Below, piece after piece: positions 19,508-30,100 of a stretch of 64,000 nt of DNA. Origin of the DNA: Clostridia bacterium (lineage in GTDB: Bacteria; Bacillota; Clostridia; Oscillospirales; CAG-272). The notes under the pieces are model-generated. The model saw only the letters and a list, made by a program, of their open reading frames with translations. It was not told where the DNA came from and searched no databases. The translations under genes and the position numbers were made by a program. The first letter of the stretch is position 1, and each line of letters opens with the position of its first letter. The stretch spans positions 19,017 through 83,016 of the forward strand of contig JAFTKM010000008.1 in assembly GCA_017453245.1 (NCBI GenBank), in the 5' to 3' direction.

Positions 19508-19599
19508 TTTTGATTTCCTTTCAAGTGAATTTCGTTTCTACCCTTCAGTATACCACAAGAATATCCGAAAGTCAATAGCTGGTGAAGGTGTCGGGGGGG

Positions 19600-19652
19600 C
19601 AGAAAAGCACTTATGACAGACGGTTTTTATCGTTTATCATAAGCGCTTTTTT
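19600..19652 (-). terminator. Putative terminator downstream of the Cys-rich lipoprotein gene
   Basis: GCACTTATGA (19607-19616) pairs with TCATAAGCGC (19637-19646) at 9 of 10 positions. On the minus strand it is followed by TTTTCTG. The T-run on the plus strand is better, so it may be bidirectional. Confidence 0.45.
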
Positions 19653-19705
19653 TATTTGGTTAAACTATATTTTCGGATTTTCTATAATTCTGCATTCTGC
19701 ATTCA

Positions 19706-22700
19706 TTATTCGACTATTTCCGAGGTGTAAACGAAGTAAACGTTTCCGTAGGTAAATTCTTCTGTGGGATTGCCGTCGTAGTCGTTTACCGAATCAACGT
19801 TATAGCTTTGAACGTACTCGTTATAGTCCTCTACCGTGTAGCAGGTTGAGATGCTGCCCCAAGGATCAAGCACGACGATGCGTATATCCTCCGCGGTCAT
19901 CTTGTAGCATTCCTGGAACCACATTCCCTCAAAACAGAAGTCACCGGCATTTATAGCAAAAGACATACCGCTAAGCGATACCTCATATTCGAGGTCGGTG
20001 TGCTTTTCGAACAAGCCGCCGGAGTAGATATTGTAGAAGCTGAGAGTGTTCTCGTCGATTCTGATGACTTGATTATCGGTTAAGTAAAGTCCGCACAGAC
20101 GGTCGAAATCTACCTCGAATTTCGCGTTGAGAGATACCGCGGTAAGCTTGAGCGCGAAGAGATCTTCTACCGAGTTTATGGTAATTGCTCCGTCCTCGGA
20201 CCTATATTCCCACTCGCCCGAGAAGTACATTATTCCGTAGGTAAAGTCGGTATACTGTGAATCGAGCTCGGGTGTGCTCCATTCGCCATCACGCGTATAA
20301 ACGTAAGGGCTTTCGTAATCGCCGACGAGCCCTACCTCGGTGTAGAAGAATACCTTGACCTCGTTGAAGGCGGAGACGTATATGTAGCACGAGTTGCCCT
20401 CTGTCGCAACCTCTGCGTCGGGATCGGTTACAGTAGATCCGTCAACGTTCCACGTATATCCGTCAAGGTCAAGCTCGAGCCCGTGCTCTTCGTTAACGAG
20501 AGCTATCACCTCGGCAAGAGTTAGATTCGCAGTGTGATAGATTTTGTAATCGTTTCCGTTCGTGTGTACCGCTACGCAAGGACGGTTATCGGTGCCCCAC
20601 AGCTCGAGGGATGCGTAGGGTACGTAATCCTTAGAGAAGCCGTCTATGTACTCGTATGAGTTGTAGTTCCAATCGTAATTGTCAAACTCAAGGCCGAAGT
20701 AGATCGTAAGAATTTCACCGACTGTAAGACCGTCGTTCTTATTGACGAACTTTTCTCCGTAATAGTTCTCCGTGCTTACGCTCATGCGGAAGGTCTGACA
20801 TATACCGATAATTTTATACGAAGTATAGCTGCGGTCGTAATCCGTCTCGCTGAAGGCGGGATCATAATAGAGCGTGATATCGAGGCTTTCTATTTCCTCA
20901 CAGCTTCCGTCGGGATAGTACAGAGTCCAGACGTACACGCCCTCGGTGGGATATCCGAATTGTGCGAGATCGAAGCAGATATCGCCTGTGAACTCTTCGG
21001 TGTATTCGTATCCGTTCTCGTCGAAAACGGAAACGGTAACGCGCACCTGATTAGGCGTGAAGAAAACGCTGAAGGCGCGGAACTCAAAGCACGTGCCAAC
21101 GAAGGTGTCGTAATCGTACTGCATTCCTTCGACGTTGATGGTGTACATAGTGAGATCCGCATCGATGAACTCGGCTATTTGAGCTCCGTTAGGAACACTG
21201 TCAAATACGAGTGCTTCGTAAATGTAATTTCCCGTGATCGAATCATATAACTCAACGTAAGCTACGTAGCAGGGAATGATCTCAACGGTGCAGTCCTTGT
21301 AAATGAAGCCGTACCATGATTCCAATTCGGGATGATAATCCGTATTTCCAACTCTGTAAAGATACTCGGGAGAGTAGCCGGGAAGAGAGAAATATCCTTC
21401 GTCTTCGGTATATACGTCTTGATAAGCGAAGTATTCGATCGAGGTCGGCGAGGTGAGAGTAATCGTTCCTTCGAGCGTCGTGTACTCATCCATTACGTAG
21501 ATGACGTTTACCGTGATCTCCTCTTCAACCTCGGATTTTTCAATGAGGAAAAGAGTTGAATAGCTTGTCGTGTTAAGATCCTCGATGACCGAGCCGTAGT
21601 TAAATATTACGTAATCGTCGACATTGATTCCGATACCGCCTAAAAATTCCGCAACGCTGGGGAACTGTGTAGCAGAGTATACCTCGGATGCAAGCATCTT
21701 GGTGCCGCTATCGGTAACAAGATATGCACTTGCGTGCTTTTGACATTCAATGTAAGATACGTTGATCTCACCGTAAGCTAAACTGTCAATAGTGCTGTTA
21801 TTGTCAACTATAGTGTATATATTGCTGTCTATTGCGTGCTTAACGTAGAATTCGTCTACGAGCTCGTAATAGGAAACTGGGCAGGGGAAGCTATGAACCT
21901 CCTCGATGCCGAGAGAGGGAATGCTTATGGTAACGGTAGAGCTGAAGTCCTCGGGATGTCCCTTCTGTATAGCAACGAGCTTGTCGTCTACACGTATAAG
22001 ATAATCCTCGGTGAGCTCCTCGCCGTTTGCATACCATACGTAATTTGATTCGCCAAGAGTTGTTCCGTATCTTTCCGAAAGGAGGTTCGCGAGAGTATTA
22101 CGCTTTTCCGTGATACCGCCGGTATACATATCACCCTTGTCGTAATTGACTGTTGCTTCGTAATATCCGCTTTCGTCGTAGGTGTAGTATTCGAAGAGAT
22201 AGATAAGGAAGTACACGTACTCGGGATAGTAATCAGGATTGGATTCGCTGCATCTGTTGCAGTAGCCCTCACTGTTGTAGTCGTGACCGTAGGCGTATTC
22301 ACCTATGATCTTACACAGCTCGCAGTAGCCGTCCTCGGTACAGGTGGGATCTGCCCACACGTGCTCGCATTCGGTGGAGTAGTCGGGATCGGGATCGCCG
22401 CAGTTTACGCAAGAGCCGTCAATATACTGGTGTCCGTAAGCAGCGACAAGGATAGTTCCGCACGCGTAGCATACGCTGTCCTCGGTACAGGTCGCTTCGG
22501 TACGGTTTTCGTGGTAGCAGTAATCGGGATCTACGACCTCACCGAAGTAGCCTGAGCAGTGGATGCAGTAGCCCGCGTCGTCAAGCTCGTGATCGCCGAG
22601 ACCGGTGTTCTCGTAGTAGCGATCACCGCACTCTGTGCAGGTGTAGTAAATAATACCTTCCGTGATGCAGGTAGCATCTTCGACCTTCATCTCGTAGTTG

Positions 22701-23665
22701 TGCTTGCACTCGACGTCATCGGGCGTGTAGTCAGGGTCAGCCTCGCCGCAGTTTACGCAGTAGCCGTCAGAATAGCTGTGTCCCTTTGCGCTCTCGCCGG
22801 GCTCTTCACAGAGCTCGCAGTAGCCGTCCTCGGTACAGGTGGGATCTGTCCACACGTGCTCGCACTCGGGAACAAAGTCGGGATCGGGCTCGCCGCAGTT
22901 TACGCAGTAGCCGTCAGAATAGCTGTGTCCCTTTGCGCTCTCACCGGGAGCTTTACAGAGCTCACAGTAGCCGTCCTCGGTACAGGTGGGATCTGTCCAC
23001 ACGTGCTCGCACTCGGGAACAAAGTCGGGATCGGGCTCGCCGCAGTTTACACAGTAGCCGTCAGAATAGCTGTGCCCCTTTGCGCTCTCACCGAGAGCTT
23101 TACAGAGCTCGCAGTAGCCGTCCTCGGTACAGGTGGGATCTACCCACACGTGCTCGCAGCCGGGTGTGAAGTCGGGATCGAGCTCACCGCAGTTTACGCA
23201 ATAGCCGTCAGCATAGCTGTGTCCGTTAGCTGTGCCACGTGTAGCGGAGCAGTTACGGCAGGTCTCGGGAGTTGTGCATCCTGCCTTCTGCCAGGTGTGT
23301 CCCATCGCCTCACCGTATGTAAAGCTTTCGGTATCAGCCTCACCGCACTCGCAGGAATAGTAGTATTCCGCAGCAGAGGTACAGGTAGCCGAGCTCTTGA
23401 GATATTTGTCGCTCGCTACCTCCTCGGAGTAATCGTGAGTATGTGAATCGGTCGGCTTGTCGTCCGGTTTTTCTCCGGAATCGTCGCCGGGCTTATCTCC
23501 CGTATCATCCCCAGGTGTGTCATCGGTGTTGTCGGGGTTTTCGTCATTTCCGCCGTTAAGAATTTGACCGATATTAAGGTTTCCGTTTTCATCGCAGGAA
23601 GCGAAGGTGAAAACAAGGCTTAATACCATAACGGAAATAAGCAAAAGGTAGAGTAACTTTTTCAT
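19706..23665 (-). CDS. Large secreted lipoprotein (1319 aa) with ~7 Cys-rich (CxxC-containing) 49-aa modules in the N-terminal third and an uncharacterised C-terminal region
   Basis: Signal plus lipobox VLSLVFTFASCDENG and an acidic linker. Repeated module GHSYSDGYCVNCGEPDPDFVPECEHVWTDPTCTEDGYCELCKAPGESAK. Confidence 0.85.
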   Translation of the reverse strand: MKKLLYLLLISVMVLSLVFTFASCDENGNLNIGQILNGGNDENPDNTDDTPGDDTGDKPGDDSGEKPDDKPTDSHTHDYSEEVASDKYLKSSATCTSAAEYYYSCECGEADTESFTYGEAMGHTWQKAGCTTPETCRNCSATRGTANGHSYADGYCVNCGELDPDFTPGCEHVWVDPTCTEDGYCELCKALGESAKGHSYSDGYCVNCGEPDPDFVPECEHVWTDPTCTEDGYCELCKAPGESAKGHSYSDGYCVNCGEPDPDFVPECEHVWTDPTCTEDGYCELCEEPGESAKGHSYSDGYCVNCGEADPDYTPDDVECKHNYEMKVEDATCITEGIIYYTCTECGDRYYENTGLGDHELDDAGYCIHCSGYFGEVVDPDYCYHENRTEATCTEDSVCYACGTILVAAYGHQYIDGSCVNCGDPDPDYSTECEHVWADPTCTEDGYCELCKIIGEYAYGHDYNSEGYCNRCSESNPDYYPEYVYFLIYLFEYYTYDESGYYEATVNYDKGDMYTGGITEKRNTLANLLSERYGTTLGESNYVWYANGEELTEDYLIRVDDKLVAIQKGHPEDFSSTVTISIPSLGIEEVHSFPCPVSYYELVDEFYVKHAIDSNIYTIVDNNSTIDSLAYGEINVSYIECQKHASAYLVTDSGTKMLASEVYSATQFPSVAEFLGGIGINVDDYVIFNYGSVIEDLNTTSYSTLFLIEKSEVEEEITVNVIYVMDEYTTLEGTITLTSPTSIEYFAYQDVYTEDEGYFSLPGYSPEYLYRVGNTDYHPELESWYGFIYKDCTVEIIPCYVAYVELYDSITGNYIYEALVFDSVPNGAQIAEFIDADLTMYTINVEGMQYDYDTFVGTCFEFRAFSVFFTPNQVRVTVSVFDENGYEYTEEFTGDICFDLAQFGYPTEGVYVWTLYYPDGSCEEIESLDITLYYDPAFSETDYDRSYTSYKIIGICQTFRMSVSTENYYGEKFVNKNDGLTVGEILTIYFGLEFDNYDWNYNSYEYIDGFSKDYVPYASLELWGTDNRPCVAVHTNGNDYKIYHTANLTLAEVIALVNEEHGLELDLDGYTWNVDGSTVTDPDAEVATEGNSCYIYVSAFNEVKVFFYTEVGLVGDYESPYVYTRDGEWSTPELDSQYTDFTYGIMYFSGEWEYRSEDGAITINSVEDLFALKLTAVSLNAKFEVDFDRLCGLYLTDNQVIRIDENTLSFYNIYSGGLFEKHTDLEYEVSLSGMSFAINAGDFCFEGMWFQECYKMTAEDIRIVVLDPWGSISTCYTVEDYNEYVQSYNVDSVNDYDGNPTEEFTYGNVYFVYTSEIVE
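22735..23224 (-). repeat. In-gene tandem repeat, 147-nt period, ~3.3 near-identical copies (Cys-rich modules)
   Basis: The aa 148-310 modules are nearly identical. The antisense ORF 22786..23169 shows the same 49-codon periodicity (SSRPRYRWDLSTRARTREQSRDRARRSL...). Confidence 0.85.
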
Positions 23666-24008
23666 ATGTACCTCCTTGAAAATTGAGTTCTATCTTTATT
23701 TTAACATATATGTACGCAAAAATCAAGGAAAATATGGAAGAGAGGGAGAATAAGTCGGGGGAGCGGACTACTCGGTTTTCATTACTACCCTTTCGGTCCG
23801 AGATCACCAATCGGTGCTAAAAATCGGACAGCTTGAAATTCACCCACCCGCGCGAATACGCGTATCGTAAGCACGGTATTTGTTACGCTTTCGGAATACT
23901 GTCCAAAAACAGATTGTATACAATCACCAAATTACATCGATTGGATTTTATCTTTTTCTACATATTAACATTTATTTAGATTAATATTTTAAATTAATGT
24001 GAACTGTA

Positions 24009-24037
24009 TTGAATTTTTGTCAATGTTGTGTTAAAAT
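24009..24037 (+). promoter_or_regulatory. Candidate promoter of the giant protease gene
   Basis: TTGAAT (24009-24014), 17-nt spacer, TGtTAAAAT (-10 at 24032-24037). This implies the ORF-track start at 24009 is not used. Confidence 0.45.
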
Positions 24038-24104
24038 AGTTAAGCGCGTTTTTACGTACGCGTGTATACATATGATTAATAAAAGAAAGGCAAAACCGAA
24101 AAAA

Positions 24105-27100
24105 ATGAAGAAGAAATCATTCACAAGGGTTTCATCAAGAATCCTGATGGCTCTTCTTGCGGTGGCTATGGTCTTCACCTTTGCCGCTTCTACCCTCGGG
24201 ACTACGGTCGCGGCGGACGGAGGCGTGTTCAAGAAGAACGATTCCATCTACACCGACTACAAGAGCTATCTCGACGGCTCGGTGGTACAGGCTCTGCCTG
24301 CCACGGTCGACAAAAATGAAACCATCTCGGTGATAGTCAAGCTTGACACACCGACTCTTATGGATGCGTACAACAAGACGGACAAGGCAATGTCCTTCGG
24401 TGAGTACGTAATGACAGAAGAGGCACAGAAGATCAAAGCCGATATTCAGGCCGAGAAGGAGGAATACCTCATCGCTCTTACAAGAAGCGGTATTCCCTAC
24501 GAGGTAGGCTGTGACTACGCGAATATCCTCGCGGGCTTTGAGGTACTCTACACTGCAAAGAACTTTGAAAACGCCTGCAAGTATCTCCCCACCGACGCAA
24601 CAGCGATCATCGGTGAGGTATACAAGGTGGCAGAAACCCAGCTCGTCGAGAATAAGATCGACGTATACGAGGAGACCGGAATCTTCGATAGCTCGGATTT
24701 CACCATTAACGGCGAAAAGTACTCGGGCAGCGGTATGGTAGTTGCGGTCCTTGACACGGGACTTGACTACACCCACCCCGCATTTGACCCCGCAAGACTC
24801 AACTCGAACAGACTCGGCCTTACCAAGAGCGAGGTTGAGAGCCACGTAGCCAACACCGTGGCGGCATCGAGAGTCCCCGGTCTTACCGCTGACGACGTAT
24901 ACATAAACGAGAAGGTTCCCTTCGCGTTCGACTACGCGGACAACGACTCCGACGTGTACTCGCTCCACAATAACCACGGTACTCACGTATCCGGCGTTAT
25001 CGTAGGTCACGACGACACCATCATCGGCGTTGCGCCCGACGCTCAGCTCGTATCGATGAAGATATTCTCCGACGTTCAGGATTCCGCAAGAGCCTCCTGG
25101 ATACTCGCGGCTCTGGAGGACTGCGTCGAGCTCGGAGTTGACGTAATCAACATGTCGCTCGGTACCGCCTGCGGCTTCAGCCGTGAGACGGACGAGGAGC
25201 AGATGTCCGGAGTATACGACGACATAAGAGCTCTCGGTATCAGCCTTGTAGTTGCGGCTTCCAACAGCTTCAACTCGGCGTACGGCTCGGAGAAGAACGG
25301 TAACCTCGGTCTTACCTCCAATCCCGATACCTCAACGGTAGGCTCTCCCTCCACCTATGACGGCGCGCTCTCCGTTGCGTCTATCAACGGTGTAAAGACT
25401 CCCTACATCCTTGACTCCAAGGGCACTATTATCTACTTCGTTGAGTCCTCTGACAGCGCGGGTGAGGAGAAGAACTTCTTTACCGAGCTGCTCGGCTCGG
25501 AGCTCAGCGAAACAGAGCTTGAATACGTGCTTATCCCCGGTGTAGGTAACCCCTCCGACTACGACGGCATCGACGTTATGGGTAAGATAGCCCTCGTACG
25601 CAGAGGCTCCAACACCTTCGAGGAAAAGGCAAAGGCGGCAGAGGCGGCAGGCGCAAAGGCGCTTATCGTATATAACAACACCTCGGGTGACATCAGAATG
25701 AACGTGGGAATCGTGTCTATCCCCGTCTGCTCTGTCAGCCAGGACGACGGTGAGATGCTCGCCGCCGCAAAGAACGGTACTCTCAAGATCAGCAAGTCGC
25801 AGACCTCCGGTCCCTTCATGTCCGACTTCTCCTCCTGGGGTCCCTCTCCCTCCCTCCAGATCAAGCCCGAGATCACCGCTCACGGCGGTAACATTCTCTC
25901 GGCTGTAACAGGCCACGGATACGACAGACTTTCCGGTACGTCGATGGCTTGTCCCAATATGGCGGGCGCGATCGCGCTTATGCGTCAGTACGTTATCACC
26001 AATTTCGAGTCAAAGATCAAGAACGAGAGCGGTGTTATCGACTACGTGGAGGTCAATTCCATTGTAAACAGACTTCTTATGTCCACTGCGGACATAGTCA
26101 ATAATAAGAACGGTCTTCCCTACGCGGTAAGAAAGCAGGGCGCAGGTCTTGCCAACCTCGGCGATGCTATCACTACCGGCGCTTATATACTCACCTATGA
26201 CAGACTCGACGGCTCGGTAATGGATAAGTCCAAGATCGAGCTCGGCGATGACCCGAACAAGACGGGTGTATATACTCTTAAGTTCACGATAGACAATTTC
26301 GGTAAATCTGCACTTTCATATGATATATCAGCAAACGTTATGACCGAGGGTGTCAGCGAGACACCCACCTATCAGGGCGAAACCGTTGTTTCCGAGGAGG
26401 GCTACCTTCTTTCGGGCGCGCGTGTTGAGATCACCTCCACCAAGGGCGGAGCGATAAGCGGCAACACCGTGACCGTAGAGGCGGGAGCAAGGTGCGACGT
26501 CGTTATCACCGTCACTCTCGGCGAGGATGATAAGGCGTACCTCGATTTTTCCTTCGAAAACGGTATGTACATAGAGGGCTTTGTAACCCTCACAGCCAAG
26601 GACGAGGGCTCTACCGACCTGAACGTGCCTTACCTTGCCTTCTACGGCAACTGGTATCAGGCTCCCCTCTTCGACCTTGACTACTTCGAGACCAACGCGG
26701 ACGAGCTCGACGACTCTCTCGCAACTCTCGATAAGACTCTTCCCGACGCTTACGCTACACGTCCTATCGGCGGTATCTCCGGTGACTACGTAAGCTATCT
26801 CGGCTCCTACTACTTCTTACAGAATCCCAAGAACAAGATAATCTCCGCATCGAGAGACTATATCGCGCTTTCCAACAATGACGGAACGATCCGCTCGCTT
26901 CGTTTTGTCTGGGGAGGTATGCTCCGTAACTCGGAGAGAATAGTTATCACGATAACCGACGACGCGACCGGCGAGGTTATTTTTGAGAAGGTGGAGACCT
27001 CCATCCGTAAGTCCTACGGTGACGGAGGCTCATACATCTACCCCGCAAATATCGAGATCGAGTTCGATACCGCGGACTACAACCTCAAGAATAACGCGAC

Positions 27101-30100
27101 CTATACCGTAAAGCTTCAGGGCTATCTTGATTACGATGACGGCACCGGCGAGAACAAGACTCCCGACGAGAACCTTAAGAGCACCTTTGAGTTCCCCTTA
27201 ACCGTAGACTTTGAGGCTCCCTCTCTTACCGACTGCGAATTCTACACCGAGTACGACAAGGATGCCAAGAAGACCCGCCTCTACGCTAAGATGGCGGTGT
27301 ATGATAACCACTACGCGATGGGTATGCAGATAGGCTACGTCGGCGTAGGTAACTACGTTGATGAGAGCACGGGTGAGATGGTAGAGGGCAATATGCTCTA
27401 CCCCTTCGAGACCTACATGACTCCCATCTACTCCGAGCGCAACGGCACGACCTACGTGACCTACGAGCTCACCGATTACATATACGACATCAAGCAGAAT
27501 TCCTACAACAAGAACACCTTCGCGGTTTCTTTTTACGACTACGCAATCAACGAGGCTACCTACGAGATCGAGCTCCCCGACGACTTCGCAGAGCTCTACC
27601 TTGAGGAGAGCGAGATCACCCTCAACCCCAACGAGGTATACACCATCACCGCAAACGTATACCCCGAGAGCGAGTGGGATGAGCTGCTCGAGTTCTCCGC
27701 CTCCGGTAATGCAGTACGTATCGTAAACAACAAGATCGTAGCGGTCAAGCCCGGCAAGAGCTCGGTATTCATCTACGATCCCAAGACAAACAAGGAAGTG
27801 ACGATGACGGTCACCGTCAGAGCTCCCGGCGACGAGGGCTACAAGGAGGTGACAAAGCCGGTTGCGGACGTATTCAAGCTCACGGGCTACGATACTCTCA
27901 ACGCGTTCTACTTCCTCTCCAACGATGACAGAGACATAGGCGAGACGGGCGACGTAGTGCTCTTCAACGGCGAGAACTATTCCCTCTCCTTCTATCCGTC
28001 CGAGTCGGTAAAGATCAACTACAAGCTCGACGCTTACTTCCCTGACGCGACAACCGTTGAGTTTATCTCGAGCAACGAGAGCATCGTGACCGTTGACCAG
28101 AGCGGAACGATAGTTGCTCTTGACGAGGGATACACCTCCATCACGGTAAGAGTCCTTCAGGACGGCAAGGCAACATATACCACCAAGACCATCTCGATAG
28201 AGGTCAAGGACCCCTACGTGAGAACAGGTCCCACGCTTAACAATTACTTCGGCGCAGGTCATATGAACTCGGGTAACGTTGAGATACCCGCGGATATGCT
28301 CTTCACCCAGATCGGTCAGTACGCATTCTCGAACTCCACTTATATCGATAAGACGGAGGAGCAGATACTCGAGGATCCCGAATCCAAGGATGCGACGATA
28401 ATTACCTACATCGGTAACGACGACATCAAGAGAGTCGTTATTCCCGAGGGTGTAGAGACCATCGGCGCCTACGCCTTCGCAAATCTCACAGCGCTTGAGG
28501 AGGTCGTGCTCCCCTCGACTCTCGAGGCAATCGAGTACGGCGCGTTCTTCAACTGTATCAGCCTCAAGACCGTCAAGGGCCTTGAGCACGTAAAGCTTAT
28601 TAACCAGAACGCTTTCGCTAACTGTAACATCTCGAACGACCTCTCGCTCGACAGCATCCACGCTATCGGTGACTACGCGTTCGCAAACAACAGAAGCCTC
28701 AAGTCCGTAACCTTCCCCTCAACACTTTCATCCATAGGCGCGTACGCGTTTATGAGCAATACCTCTCTTGAGAACTTTGACGTTTCGGAGTGCGGTACCG
28801 TCAAGTACGGTCCTTACGTATTTATGAACTGCCGTTCGCTTGAGACGATCACAATGAACACGAGCGTTATTCCCTCGGGAGCGTTCTACAACTGTGTGGA
28901 CCTTACCACCGTGAATATCGGCTCAACCGTATCCTACATCGGCGAATACGCCTTCACCGGCACCGCTGTCACAGAATTCACCGTAGCGGACGGAAACACC
29001 GCCTACAAGCCCTCGGCTAACAAGAATTACCTTCTCTCCCCCGACGGCACGACTCTTCTTCTCGTAGCCCCCGGCGTTAAGGGTGACTTTACCCTTGAGG
29101 GCGTTACTGAGATAGGCATCGGCGCGTTTGCGGGTAACAGCGACATTACCTCGGTAAATATGCCCGACGTGACCGTTGTTAACGATTACGCGTTTGCTGA
29201 GTGCAAGAGCCTCACAGACGTTACTCTCGGCAGTCTCGCGGCAGTCGGAAAGTATTCCTTCTTCCTCACCTCCATAACAGAGCTTCCCTCTCTTGAGGGC
29301 GTGGACGTTATCGGAGATTACGCCTTCAGCTTCACCCTCATCACCGAGGTAACGATCGGTGACGGTAAGGTTATCGGCGAGGGCGCATTCTGTGAATGTA
29401 CCGAGCTTAAGAAGGTCACTATCGGCAACGACGTACTTATCGGAAAGAGCGCATTCTTAAGAGGTACTACCACCGATGACCCGAGAAATCCCGGCAGCTA
29501 TCTCAACCTCGGCCAGAAGGCGGTTGAGGATATCGAGAGCGGCTTCTACCGTTACGATTACCTCTCCAAGCTCACAAGCCTTACCATTGGTAAGAACGCG
29601 GATATAGGCGAGGCGGCATTTATGGGCGCTTCCTACCTCACCAAGGTTACTCTCGGCGAGGGAGCCATTATCGGCAAGATGGCATTCTACAACTGCCGCG
29701 CGCTCTATGAGATAGATCTCTCCGGCGCTAAGAGGATCGGCAATATGGCGTTCTCGGGTGATAACACCTACGCCTTCATCGACGCTCTCGGCTCCGACTA
29801 TGCTGTACGCGATAACGCATACGTGCTCGTGTACTTCAACCCCATCATCACGAGCGTTGACCTCTCCTCCTGCGAGGTTATCGAGGATCAGGCGTTCATT
29901 CACTGTAAAAAGCTCACAACAGTCAAGCTCGGTGAAAAGCTCACCGATATTCCCTATATGGCGTTCGCAAACTGCGATTCTCTCACCACGGTAAACCTTG
30001 AAAACGTTGTTACCCTCGGCTACGCCGCATTCGGCGAGACCGACCTTGTCAGCGCAAATCTTTACAGGGCTGAGAAGATCGGCGACTACGCCTTCACCTA

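Noticed and set aside
24009-24104. ORF-track start of the giant protease at 24009 (MNFCQCCVKIV...)
   Set aside because: A well-formed promoter (TTGAAT, 17 nt, TGtTAAAAT) occupies 24009-24037. The signal peptide begins at MKKKSF (24105), so the upstream codons are most likely untranslated leader.
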